DNA of 64,000 nt from Callorhinchus milii (Eukaryota), in assembly GCF_018977255.1 (NCBI RefSeq), contig NW_024704742.1, positions 110,548,001 through 110,612,000 of the forward strand. The letters run 5' to 3'. Each line of letters begins with the position of its first letter. Position 1 is the first letter of the stretch. The notes under the pieces were generated by a model. The model made no database searches, was not told the DNA's origin, and worked only from the letters and a program-made list of their open reading frames with translations. Positions 37,625-50,700 of this stretch are shown here, one piece after another. Both the position numbers and the translations under genes were made by a program.

Positions 37625-37972
37625 ATCAGAATAAAAAGCAGGTGTCTTACATGAGCTATGAGCAATGATTAGACAAGTCTAGGCTCTTCAATCTTGAAAG
37701 GAGATATTTCAAATGGGGACGTTATAGAATTGTGCAAGATTTTAAATGGGATTGAGAAAGTAAACCCAGAACAAATATTTCGGATGCAGCAAGAGCAAAA
37801 GTGGACGTAGGTTTTGGGTTGCAAAGGACAATTTCAGGACAGACACCAGGAAGTATTTCTTGATCCAGAGGGTAATGGATCCAGTTATGAAGAAGGATGG
37901 TTGAGGACATGAGACTGAATTCATTTAAAAAAATAATGTTGTGCTGAGATGATAGGGTAAGTGTTCTGGAAG
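37625..37972 (+). mobile_element. Decayed CR1 3' fragment, resuming at ~38328-38390 after a SINE
   Basis: ctaggctcttcaatcttgaaaggaga...atagaattgtgcaagatt...ttcaggacagacaccaggaag. Confidence 0.7.
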
Positions 37973-37973
37973 G

Positions 37974-37974
<1 letters not shown>

Positions 37975-38026
<52 letters not shown>

Positions 38027-38327
38027 CCTTGCATTTGATATTGCGCTTTTCACATCTTCTAGACGTCCCAAAGCGCTTCACAGAATATACTATAAAGTGA
38101 ATTGACTGTATATTTGTCGGAAACGCAGCAGCCAATTGCGCACAGCAGTGTCCCACAAACAGTTGTAGATTGAAAATGACCAATTTATTATTGTTTTTTG
38201 TTTTGGAGGAATTATTATTAGGCGTGTGGAGTAAGGAAACTTGCCCAAGATTTCGCCCTGCCTAAAATTGAACTCAGATCTCTCGCTTGCAAAGCAAGTG
38301 ATCTAACCACTGAGCTACAGGACTCCA
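37975..38327 (-). mobile_element. Young SINE (short subfamily) with expanded (TAA)~17 tail
   Basis: Full head ...aaccactgagctacaggactcca; tail microsatellite at 37975-38026. Confidence 0.92.
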
Positions 38328-39169
38328 AGATAAGATCAAATAAGCTAAAAATCCTTCTCATCTGACCCTATCTTGTGATCTTCTATGTTAATAATATTTG
38401 TTGTATTCAATATAATATATAACAGGGGTGGGAGGAATTAAGACACACAATGGCCAAAATGAGAAACCCGTGTAAATTTGGGGATTAGGGACAACAGTCT
38501 TACTTTTCCTGCAGCACACATTCTCTGCCTGGAGAACAGCTTTTTCCTGCCTGTGGCCTTAGAATTTCCGCAACAGCGATTTCTTGGCGGTCTCATGGTA
38601 ACACTAGAGAGTTCTGATAGGATTCATTGGGGACCTATAATGCATACTTACTACTCTCTGCTTCTCTCCTGGCCCTTCCCAATCTGTAAAAACATTGTAA
38701 TAATAACAATAATCCTTGAATTTGATATAACACCTATCATGTTGTTCAGATATCAAAGCATTTAGACATCAAAGCACTTCACAGAATATCCAGTAAAATG
38801 AATTGACTGTATATTTTGTGGGTGAAATACAGCAGCCAATTGTGCACAGCAATGACCCCAAAACAGTCATGAATTGAGTCATCAAATTATTATTATTTTT
38901 TTGAACAGAGGACTCAGTTGTATTACACATCCCACAAAAAGAACATTGTAGGAGTTTGAATTTGCCATAACTAAAGTATTGGATATGGTGAATTAATGAA
39001 TCTCTCCTTAATATATTGTATTCATCCATTCATTCTAGATTGAAGGAAATATCCAGATCAATTATCATAACCATGAAATCTCTAAAGCACACAACATTAA
39101 TTAATTAATCCTTGTGTATCAGAATGGAGCTTCAAGAATTCTGCTTTTTGACAAAGCACAACCTCAGTG

Positions 39170-39610
39170 CGGATAGAGATAGAAACAGAAGTAGGCTATT
39201 CAGCCCCTCGAGCCCGTTCTGCCATTCTGGAAGATCATGGCTGATCTGTACCTCAACTCCAAATACCTGCCTTTGCCCCATATCCCGTAATACCCTGACC
39301 TAACAAATATCTATCCACCTCAGTCTTGAAAATGTGAATGGATTCACCTTTGGGGGAGAGAGTTCCAGATGTCCACTACCCTTTGGGTGAAAAACTGCCT
39401 CCTGATATCACTCCTGAATGGCCTAGCTCTAATTTTAAGATTTGCCATTTGTTCTGGATTCCCCGACCAGAGGAAATCTTTATTAACCTTATCAAAACCC
39501 ATTATTATTTTAAAAACCTCAATCAGATAACTCCTCAACCTTCTAAGCTCAAGGGAGTAGAGACCAAGTTTATGTAACCTGTCCTCGTAATTTAACCCTT
39601 TAAGATCAAT
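39170..39610 (-). mobile_element. CR1 LINE 3' end
   Basis: GLNYEDRLHKLGLYSLELRRLRSYLIEVFKI...FFTQRVVDIWNSLP followed by 3' UTR. Confidence 0.9.
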
Positions 39611-39746
39611 CAAATAATACATTTACATAGAATGCTGGAGAATAGAAATAGCAAATTCAGTTTGACGGGTCCATGCTGATATAAAAATTATAACGCAGAA
39701 GATCTTTCGACCCAATACCTAGATATGCTGGTGTAAGATACAAATA

Positions 39747-40102
39747 AATAATAATCCCTGCATTTGATATAGCGCCTTATCACATCTTTCAGACGTCTCA
39801 AAGCGTTTCACAGAATATACTGTAAAGTGAATTGACTGTATATTTTGTGGGCGAGACACAGCAGCCAATTACACACAGCACTGTCCCACAAACAGTTGTG
39901 TATTGAAGTGACCTTTTTTTAAGGAATTATTACCGCCGGAAAAGCGGTCCACCAATCAACTAACAACCGGGTTCCTACTTACTACTAGGTAAACAGAGGC
40001 ATGCGGAGTAAGGAAACTTGTCTAACATTTCGCCCTGCCAGGAATCAAACCCAGGTCTTTCACTTGCAAGGCGAGTGCTCTAGCCACTGAGCTACAGGGC
40101 TC
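39747..40102 (-). mobile_element. Full-length tRNA-Ala-headed SINE, long subfamily
   Basis: Head, gcctctgtttacctagtagtaagtaggaacccgg central block, shared 3' half and tail. Confidence 0.9.
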
Positions 40103-42239
40103 TGTCCTCCATTGGAACTATAGTTCCTAACCTCAATGTTGGTGCCATCTCCTACTTTGGAGCTACAGATCCTAAACCTTTTCCTTTTCCACTGAATACA
40201 CCAATTGTATTATTTCTCAAATTCCAATTGTACATAAACATTAAATAAAAAATTGGATAATTTGTCTCTAAACTAGCGAGTTGGCATGCCTGTCTGTTAC
40301 CAGTTGACAATGATTAATGATACAGATGGAAAGTTTGCTGATAACCAGTGGACAAATCCCTAAATTTGTACATCAATCCCCATGACTTTCTATTCTACAA
40401 AATAGTCCAGTCAAGATATCCATTTTAACTTAACTTGTAATACAAAGATGAAATCACAGGCTTTCTAAAGAGTGCTTCTTATATTTGAAGTCGCTTGTAG
40501 GCATTAAAATCATTTTGTTCACATGCTGAGTCTCCACACTACTCTTGCCAGTTCTAATTTATAATGGCCACTGTGCACCTTATTATTCATTGGCTGATTC
40601 ACTTCTTTTGAACTACTTACTTGTGATATATTTAAAAAGAGAAGCTATAAAAATTTAGCTGCTGTGCCCTTTAGGTAACAAGAGAAAAAAGGGGGAGTTT
40701 TCATGTGTTTTATACCTCACAAACAATACCATGACTCAGCTAAAGTGCAAAGTCTTGCACTAAAGAGCTTTATAGTACAGATATAGCAGGTTAACTGAAT
40801 CATTGATCACAAATGAGAATTATGTTTCCTCAATCTTGCTTGATCTGCAATGAATATTTCCTGAACACAGACCAAACCATTTTGACTTCTACTTTGATCT
40901 CCACAATTGCCTCAAACAGTCATATATAACACTAGACAAGCATTCAGAGTTTTTTCGTTGAGACGACTACAGAATGCTGCCACAGAAATGCTTTTGTTAG
41001 GTACAACTTGGGAGGTATTAGCAGCTTTCCTCAAGGGCTGGATAAAGTTTAGCCACTCTGGATTGGCCTTTTGTGTATGTCAAATGGATTTAATAAGGTC
41101 AGATTACAGACTCATACTTTAGGAATGCAAAAGGCAATTGGTAATCTCATCCTACGAAAAAAAAAGCTGCTTTGGTGCTGCGTTTCAAGATATCTTAAAC
41201 GACTCAATGACTTTGCACTTGATATGTCAAAACTGCTGATACCACGCAAGCTAACAACCTAAGCAGCTAACTAAAGGCCTTTCTGTACAAAGGTCAAAGT
41301 GTCCTTGTGGTTTGAGTTGAAAATGAGCAGTTTTTGAAAATTCTTCGCTCTGTAATTTTGGGCTATATGGTTCAGCATTTATCCACGATTTGCACTCTAC
41401 ATTTAAATTTGAATTGGTTATTTCTAAACATGCCATGGCTTAAATAAGAGTTTACTTGACAGGTTTTCCAAAAAAAAGAAAAAGAGATGTGCATGGAAAG
41501 GATAACCAGAGCTGAATTCAGTTAAACACATAACTGGCTTAACAAGAAGTGTTATGCTTGAGTCAGGATTTCCATAAGCTATACATAAAAATAGTCTGCT
41601 TGAAAATCTTTGAATTGTAGTTAATTTAATCGTTCACTCAGTGATTCAGAAACAAGAATTGCTGAAAATACTCAATAGTGCCTAAATGTTTCATATAAAA
41701 CAGGTCACATTTCTGAAATAGACCGACCGCTGCCTCTAGGTGAAATGTTTCATTTAGCTGATACACTATATTGAGATTTATCTGAATAAAGATGTAGCAG
41801 AAAGATCCCTATTTTAACATGCAGCATAAGATAGACCCCATTGACTAGATTCAGGATTAAAACCTTTGGAGAATATTTTATGCTTTGTTTTATATCTTGT
41901 ATGTAAATGTTCAATCATTTGTTCTGCTCAAGGCAATTTATCAGGTTACTAAATAGAGAACACCACAAATGATTGGTGATGCGATAACATCACCATTTCA
42001 GTGAATGTGTCTGCTAGTGATTTTTTAAATTGAACCTTTAAAACAAACACATATGGCTTATCGAATTTATGTACAATGTAACTGAAATTACCAACTAGGC
42101 CATTTTGAAGTTACTCAGACAAAGATACCTGATTTACGGGTGATTCATAACATTTAATTTTGATTCTGAGTCGTGATAGGGAATCCAGCTGATAATCGGA
42201 AGTGGGTCTTGCTGACTTGGGGGAACATGGTAATTGACT

Positions 42240-42850
42240 TCTAATAATAATTTTCACATTTGATATCACCTCATTGAAATGTCTCAAAGCACTTCATATC
42301 AATTGTAAAATGCAGTAACGGTATTTGTCGACCAATGTGGCAGCCAGTTTGCTCACAACAATATCTGACAAACAATGCACACACCGGTTTCCCACAAACA
42401 GAGATAAAATAAATGAGCAATTTTATAAAATAATATTAATCCTTGCATTTGGCATAGTGTTATTGGCCAGGGCACAGGTAGAAATGTCTTTCTCCATTCG
42501 AATAACGTCATCAGACCTTTCTTTTCGACCGTGCCTTTAGTCACCTTCCCACCTCTCCCCCTGGCTCTGTCCCAGGATCCTAAATTGTTAAGTGCTTTGA
42601 GACGCCGTCTGGCGTGGAGGGCGCTGTATAAATCCAAGTTGTTGTTGTTGTTGTTGTTTAATGACCTGAACATGTAGAAAGGACCTCGGTTTAGCATCTC
42701 ATCTGTAGGTCAGCACCTCTGACAATGTCCTGAACCAGCAGCATAACATTGGAGCAACAGTTTAGACTATAAACTCAAGTTTGTGACATGGGACTTGAAC
42801 CCCCAACCTTCTGACTCAGAGACAAGAGTGGATACTTTTGAATATCACTG
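42240..42850 (-). mobile_element. Fragmented Deu-domain SINE(s) interrupted by a plus-strand L2 3' end (42512-42657)
   Basis: ggacctcggtttagcatctcatc, cttgaacccccaaccttctgactcagag; the L2 piece ends in (gtt)n. Confidence 0.75.
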
Positions 42851-44055
42851 AGCTTCAATGGCATAATCTATAGCTGGTTCCACTCATGCAAAGAACCCAA
42901 CAAATACTTTAGTAAAATCACCATCAATGTCTGTGTCCGCGCTCCTTTGTGTTTCTTGCTGTAACATTGTTCAACAGCAGGTTTAAATAATGGGATTGTT
43001 CACTGTTGTGACAATGGGGAAAAAGAAATGCTCAGCTGCGACTGATTATTTATTGTATGTGTGACCTAGTATCAACCAGATGTTTTTTTGCCTTTACAAA
43101 GGAGATCCATGTAAACTAAGTGGGTGGTAATTAGATTTTGCTGATTATTTCATTTGTTCTGCTCTATTCGGATGGTGGGAGCCACAGAAGAAAAAAAATG
43201 CAACATTGCTCTGTTATTATCGGTTTGGGCAAGGAGGTTGTCCCGTTAGCTCCTTTGTATCCCTGAGTACTGTACACGTTCACTGCAGTGAGGTCTGATC
43301 AATTTGATCAAACACCAATCCCATTAATAAGCCTAAATAGTGCTAAGCTGCCGGTTTCACAAACCTGTTTCTAATGTCAGGAATACAAGTTGGAAAATTG
43401 TAACTGCTGTTCTTAATAGATGAACATATTTTTAGATATTTCTAGCTCTCATCGCAAACCCTTCCAATTACCTCAGGGATGCTTGGAGAAGCAACTTGGA
43501 TGAGAATAAACATCACCTCACTTCACCCAAGCACAAATGAGCCTCATCACCAGATAGCAGGAGGCAACAAATATCCATCACTGCCAGGGTTTAAAGTTTA
43601 GAAAATTAGACCTTAAGCCAGAATCATAAAATTGAAGTGGAAGCAGAGACATTTTGCCAGCATCTGTACACCCATCTTACAATTGTTACTGTTCTGCTGC
43701 GTTTCTCAAAAGTCGCTCATTCTGAACAGAAGAGAATTTATTTTGACAACAGCCTATCATGCCAACATTCATTTCATACCGTCAATTCCTCTTGCAAAGG
43801 TGCTTCTAATTCTGTCTATCAGTGACCTTGCTGACCCATATAGATGGCATTGGTCTCTATGGGGGAAAAGAACTGAAATCTGTGAATCCCCCAATGTTTT
43901 GTGTAATACATGGTTTGTTGTACTTTAAAAAGGTTATTTTTATTGATGAGCTCATTTATGGATGAGCATGACACTCATCCATATTATCTCAAATCTAGCA
44001 CACAAAGGATAACTATAGTAAGTACTACAGCACAACCAGTCTTAATACAATACAA

Positions 44056-44374
44056 AATAATAATAATAATAATCTTTGCATTTGATATAGCGCTATTCAC
44101 ATCGGGAGGACGTCCCAAAGCGCTTCACAGAAGACACTGTAAAGTGAATTGACTGTATATTTGTGGGCGAACGCGGCAGCCAATTGCGCACAGCAATGTC
44201 CCACAAACAGTCGGGGATTGAAAATGACCAATTTATTATTGGTTTTGGTTTTGGAGGGATTATTATTTGTCGTGTGGAGTAAGGAAACTTGCCCAAGGTT
44301 TCGCCCTGCCTGGAATTGAACTCAGGTCTCTCGCTTGCAAAGCGAGTGCTCTAACCACTGAGCTACAGGACTCC
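44056..44374 (-). mobile_element. Young SINE (short subfamily)
   Basis: Near identical to 21025-21342. Confidence 0.93.
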
Positions 44375-44384
44375 GATTACAAAT

Positions 44385-44979
44385 TACATTTGTAAAGTGC
44401 TTTCACGTCACGAGGACATCCCAAGGCACTGATTAGGACCTGAGCGGGCGGGGTGGCAGGTGGCGGGGTGTTTAGATCAGGGAGGGTGGAAGGCAGAGAG
44501 GGTAGGAGGGCATACCTTGAAGGAGGCAAGGGAGGGAGCGAGGCAAAGGGAATGTGGGATGGAGTTCCAGAGGGTAGGACAGAAAGGCTGAAGCCCCAAG
44601 CGCCGATGGTGGGGCGGGCCAGTGGGGGACATGGAGCAGGCCGGAGCCTGCTGAGCAGAGGGAATGGACAGAGTCTTGAGCAGAGGGAATGGACGGAGCC
44701 TGCTGAGCAGAGGGAATGGACTGAGTCTAAGGGGTTAGCAGGTCGGAGAGGTAGGACTGGACAAGCCCATGGAGGGCCTTGAAGGTGAGGACAAGAATCT
44801 TGAACTCGATCCTCTGAGGGATGGGGAGCCAGTGGAGCCGGACAAGGGTGGGGGTGATGGGGTCACGGAGCCTGGTGTGGGAGAGGACATGAGCTGCAGA
44901 GTTCTGTATGATCTGCAGCTTGTGGAGGGAAGAGTTGGGAAGGCCAACAAGCTGGGCGTTGGCATAGTCAAGCCAACCT
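44385..44979 (-). mobile_element. L2 3' fragment with internal tandem triplication (44644-44728)
   Basis: Minus strand encodes LDYANAQLVGLP...LHWLP...RIEFKIL; subfamily A-like 3' UTR. Confidence 0.85.
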
Positions 44980-46164
44980 AAGTAAGTTGCTTACTTAATA
45001 GAGAAATAATCAACAATCATTTGTTACATTATATGAATCGCCCCTTCCTCCAAACACAAACCAAAGGGGTTCCTGTTTTAATGCTGATTCCCAGTTTACT
45101 TAGTCATTCAAACCACTTGGAAGTTACAAATGTTACAAATGCACCAAATTCAGTCTAGTTATTGTGGATCGGGTTGAATTGAAAGGCTATTGTCACAGTA
45201 TAAGTAGGATCAGGAACACAACCTGCTTTTTAACTGAGTTCAACTGGTTCTGTGGGAAGGTTTACACTGAAGAAAATGTGCCTTTCATTGTTGGAATTTT
45301 ACTGGATGAGATTAAACTGTTGCCGCTGGGAAACAGAGATTTAAACCTGCACAGTCAGATCATTTACACTTTGAAAATGAGGAGTTTGACCCATGAAAAA
45401 TCCCAAGAATGAGGAAAAAATCCAGCGTCATTTCCATTGAAGTGTCTCGCATATTTCCTGAAGATTTCATCCCATTCTAACTATGGAAATCCATTTGAAG
45501 AGAATGTTCAACACACAAACATTCCTAACCTGGCTACGCAAGAAGAGATAAATTAACGCTGTCACTGCCTGTCTCCAGCTGCACTGAAACCAAACCACAA
45601 AGGAATGTGGTTAACAACGAAGTCATCCTTTTTGCCACTTCACTTATTCCATTTTTAATAGACGATGNAAAAAGACTGCATCTTGAAAACCAGTAAGATA
45701 TGAATTCTATCACTGCTGGAGATATGAATTATATCTCACTTGTGTTAACTGACTAGGTCACTCATCAGTTATCAGATTAGTTCACTGAAGCAATTCAAAA
45801 TAAACACCATCGGGTTTCCATAATGCATGATGAAACAATTCTGATTAGAATGAGAAATTCCCATGATAAGCTCACAGCACTAAAGTCCACACAATTACAG
45901 ACAAATGTAGAATAAGTCGTCTATATATTAAGAGACTATTGAGAATTATCCTGAATATTTTATTGAGCCTCAATCCCCCATCCTTTCTGGGTCTCATATC
46001 TTTTAGATTCTGCTCTTTAATAATAATAATAATAATCCTTGCATTTGATATAGGGCCTTATCATGTCTTTGAGAATTCTCAAAGCGCTTCACAGAATTTA
46101 TTGTAAGGGGAATTGACTGTATATTCTGTGGGCCAGAAGTTTATCGTAACATTCATGTGTCAGT

Positions 46165-46540
46165 CTGGCTCAATTAGTTGCTTCAAGTCAGGACTTTAAA
46201 CTCAGCCTAGGCTTACACTCCAATGCAAAGCTGAGGAAATGTTGGAGGTGCCATCCTTCGATGAGAAGTTAAAGCGAGTTCCTATCTGCCTGTTTAGGTG
46301 GACGCTGAAGATTCTGTGGTACTATTTGAAAAGAGAAGGCAGTTGCTCCCGGCCAACAATCACCCAAATAAAATTGCTCATTCACTTTATGGATGTTTCT
46401 GGGACACTGCTATGAGCAGATTGGCTGCTGTGTTCACCTATTAAATAATCATTCACTACATTTTACAGCATATTTTGTGAAGCGCTATTAGGCGCCCTCT
46501 CTATGTGAAAAGCACTATATCAAATGCAACGATTATTATA
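46165..46540 (+). mobile_element. Deu-domain SINE
   Basis: ggaggtgccatccttcgatgagaagttaaagcgag, caaatgcaacgattatta tail. Confidence 0.75.
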
Positions 46541-47524
46541 ACATTCATACAGACCTAAAAGAAATGCCTTGAGCTGTATGAAAGAGCAGCCATTACAGTT
46601 CCACTCAAACCACAGTGCAGAAATAAATGTAGCAAAATCAATGATTCTGGAAATATAAAATTACAGAATGATTTGAATGTTACTAGTTGAAAGAAGTAGA
46701 AGCTCAGGGTTAGATCCTTTTATAGAGAATTATTCAAATCCCTGCTTTGATTGCCATTTGAACTAAGCTCTATGACTAAGTGTTGGCAGTTCTCATTTAG
46801 GTTTCTTGATCATACAGCTCACTGCGGAGGGAAACTATAGTACCGTATAAAGCAGCATTGACACTGGGGATAGAAGTTTGCCATCCAGATCGTGCCCTCT
46901 CATGGATTAAGATGGAGACTATTTAAGCCGGATGACGGTACATACTTAAATGGGGAGTGTGGTTCAAACAGAGAATGCTTCAATTTGCTGAAAAGTTGTC
47001 CTAAAGGAAACCCATAACACATTAAATGAAAGTACTGATGGTGTTAATTAGCTTGTTGTTGTGTAACAAAATTTTCAATGTTTTCTTCAGTTGAATATTC
47101 TCTTCAAATGGATTTCCATTGTTAGATCTTCAGGAAATATAAGAGGTATTTAGTGAAATGATATGGTTGCACAAGGTATAATTAAATGAATGGTCGCATC
47201 AGGACAGAAGTCACTAAAGCACTTTAGTAGATTCTATTATTACCTCCATCCTTGCCTGACAGAATAAGGATACTCTATGCTAAATGGGCTAATGTATGAG
47301 ACATTCTCTGAGATAGGTATGCAGCATCAGCCAGACACTTGTTATTATGCTTTTGGCTGGAAAATGAATCAAAAGCCAGGACACTGTAGGCATTCCCTAA
47401 ATCTGCAGGCAGTGTAAACACTGGGCAAAAGGAACCTGAAACAAGTGGTCAACAAGACTCGAAAAATTAAGAAACAGATGGGTGTTTCCCAAAATTATTG
47501 TCTGTAATAACACTGTAACGTATC

Positions 47525-47783
47525 CCCTCCATTCCACCATCAGTGGCCATGCCTTTAGCCACTACGCCCCGAAATTCTAGAACTCTCTCCCTCAATCCCT
47601 CCACTTTACCTCCTTCCTCCCTCCCCACTTTCAAATCCCACCTAAAGACTTTCCTTTTTGACCGTGCTTACGGTCACCTCCACCTCTCTTTGCCCCCGGC
47701 TTGGTATCAGACTCTGACACTGTCTAACCCTCTGGGATGCTACCTGCGCGAAGGGCTCTATATAGACGCAAGTTGTTGTTGTT
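47525..47783 (+). mobile_element. L2 3' end
   Basis: FKSHLKTFLFDRAYG, then 3' UTR and caagttgttgttg tail. Confidence 0.85.
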
Positions 47784-50700
47784 AACTGTAGTTACACTGT
47801 TTTTCTTTATTTATCTGAACCTACTGCTAAATTATATGTGGATTTAATTTTAAAAAAGTGTTACTAGTCAACAAGATGAGGATCTTTTTCATATGGAAAT
47901 TGTAACCTTTTAAGGACATACATCAAGGGTCCTGTAGCAGGAAAAGTGAGGTAGGGAATTAAATCATACATTTTTATGAAACGGACCTGTGTCATTGGAC
48001 TGTGAAAGGTTGGTTGCATCAAGGTTGAGGAAGTCAGGTGATTTAGGGCCCCACTTGTCCCAAATGCAAACTCTGAAAAGTTTATTTGTCAAGAGACGTT
48101 AATGAGCCAATAATACATCATGCCTGCTAAACCCCTTGAAGTAGAAAATAAGTTGTTCTCCAGACAGAAAAGCAATGGCCTGCTTGGCGTGCCCAACTTC
48201 ACAGCTTTCACAAGTGACAAAAGACCCCATTAGATCTGTCACCTTTTTGTTCAGTAATATGAATTGTGTGCTCAGATTCTCTAAACTTAGCATAGATCCT
48301 CGCAGCTAGTGACAGCCTACCTGAACAAAATCAACCTCCATGTATTGGAGATCTGGTCATTAATATTTGTAATACAAAGGTGGCATCACATCAGTTTTTC
48401 TTCATGCTCAGACCACAAATTAATGTGTGAACTGCCCAAGATTCATCCGAAGAAGTCTGAGGGGAGGGATGGAAGCTCAGAATTTATATTTCCCCAGGTT
48501 TTAAGATCGGGGAAAATGGTCTTCCCAGTGGAGAACTTCACCAGTTTACTATGCATTTCCATCATTCATCTTGGCACTTAATTCAGAAAGACAAGTAAAG
48601 TAATGCAGAGAGTGGCTGAGACAAGGTGGCCTAAAATGAAGAGGTAATACCAGATGTTGTTGAACAAAAGAATCAATGATCCTTACAAAGTGTTATTTAA
48701 AGAGCCCACAAATCAGCACGATGGAAGATCCAATAAGAAGGTCTTGCTTGAAGAGCCTTGTTTGTTAGGGAGTGTAGGTGGCAGGAGAGTAGACGACTGC
48801 ATTCTCAGCACTGCACTGTCATGTTCATTCAGTGCTAAATATCTAGAGAATGAATAGTGAGTATAATATTCCAGAAATGTCTTGTAATTTGAATTGTTTT
48901 GATGTACAGGGGTCAAAATTACAATATTATTATACACATTATGTTCCTTAATTGTTGACAAGATATTGAGCTGCACATATTCTATATTTTAAAAATACAG
49001 TCACTACACTGTACAGGAAATCCTATGAAGTGCTTGAGACATCCTCACAATGTGAAAGGAGCTAGATCAAATGGAAAGAATATGATTAATATTGTTAATA
49101 TTTTATTAGAAAATATTTGCTCCATTCATTGTGCAACACAACTTTATAGACATCATTCAATCAGCTTATATGATTTATCATATAGAACTCACTGCCACAT
49201 TTATCATCACTAGTATTTTAAGACATATACATTCTAATCATTATAAATTGTTTAACTCATTTTGGTCAATGTTATGTATTTAATATTTAGCCATATTGAG
49301 GGAATCAGCACAAATGTTGCACATGTATGTGTTAATATCCTTGCTCAATAGTCAATAAAGCACATGGATTCAGTAAAAGAGGTTTTCCTGCGTGAACAAA
49401 TAAATGCAATTTGTTGTTTTATTACACTTTATTTTACAAAGAATAACCATTTTATTTTCATTGAACGCGTTTTCCATATACTACACTGTGCAAGTCTATT
49501 GTCATCATTGTCACATGAGCTGATAAAGAGCACTTGAACCTTTCGAGCAATGATTTACATTGTGACCTCAAGTTGGACTTCCACTGAACTTTCTGTGGGA
49601 TCTTTGAAAAAATTATCTCCCCACGAGGACTAAATAGCACTCTGGGACCTGCATTTGAACCCAATCCAGATTGATGGAACAACAGTCTTTCCTTTCTGTT
49701 GGTTTTAAAGATGATAAGTGAAATGAATTTGGCCAGTTTGCTAGTTACAAGCCCAGGGCAACAAACTAGACATAATTCTACTTTAATTGGTAGTAACTTG
49801 GCATTCATTCACATCTCTAGTATATTTGATATTTAGTAGCACATTTAGGTTGTTCTTATTGTAAATTGATTATATGCATAGTGGCTCAGCACTACACTTT
49901 ACTGTGCCAGGAGGAACAAGACCTCCATGAAGTTGAGGTCTGGCAGTGGACCCGTGTTGGGTCAGCTCCAATCTGAGATGAAAATCCAGTACAGTGCATC
50001 GGAGTTTACTGTCCATCAATTAATCGTTCTGATTACTTACCTACCATCAGCATTAATCTGCCTTCTTGGCTCATCTCTGAGGATTATTTGTGTGCGCTAG
50101 GTAACACTGGCTGAAGATTTGTGATACTCCAGATGTCCTTAATTCTTGGAGCATCACAAATGCTACTGTTATTACATGCACATACAGACATGTACATGGC
50201 ACTGTGATGTTTACTGCCAGATGTATTGTGTTACACTCACACATACCCTGATGGTAATAATGACAGTGCTAGATTTTGCAGTAAATGGAGGGGAATAAAT
50301 TGCCATATTGAGAGAATCAGCACAAATGGTGCACATGCGTGTATAACAGCAGCATCAGAAAGATAACAAAGGCATTGGAAAGCTCACAATAACAGCAGTT
50401 GTGGAAAATATACATTTAACACTGAAGGAGCATACTCTGCTTACCTAGAGCCTAAAATAAATGCAAGTTTTCCTCTAATTGTGTTTTACTCGATCTGTTT
50501 TACTTGACCATGATACTGATGCTGGAATGCAAAGCCAATGGGAACGGCTTCATTCTGCATGTTGACACCCATCATCTGGAGGAGGACAAACCGCACAGAA
50601 AGAATGTCAGCTCCTCATCTCTTTGAAGAGATCTAACCACTTCAATGAGAGTTTTGAGTCAGTTCCATGAACAGAGAATTCAGATATACTCTAAACAGAT

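Noticed and set aside
37722..38183. 153-aa ORF with a poly-Tyr run
   Set aside because: Read-through of a SINE, its (TAA)n tail and antisense CR1
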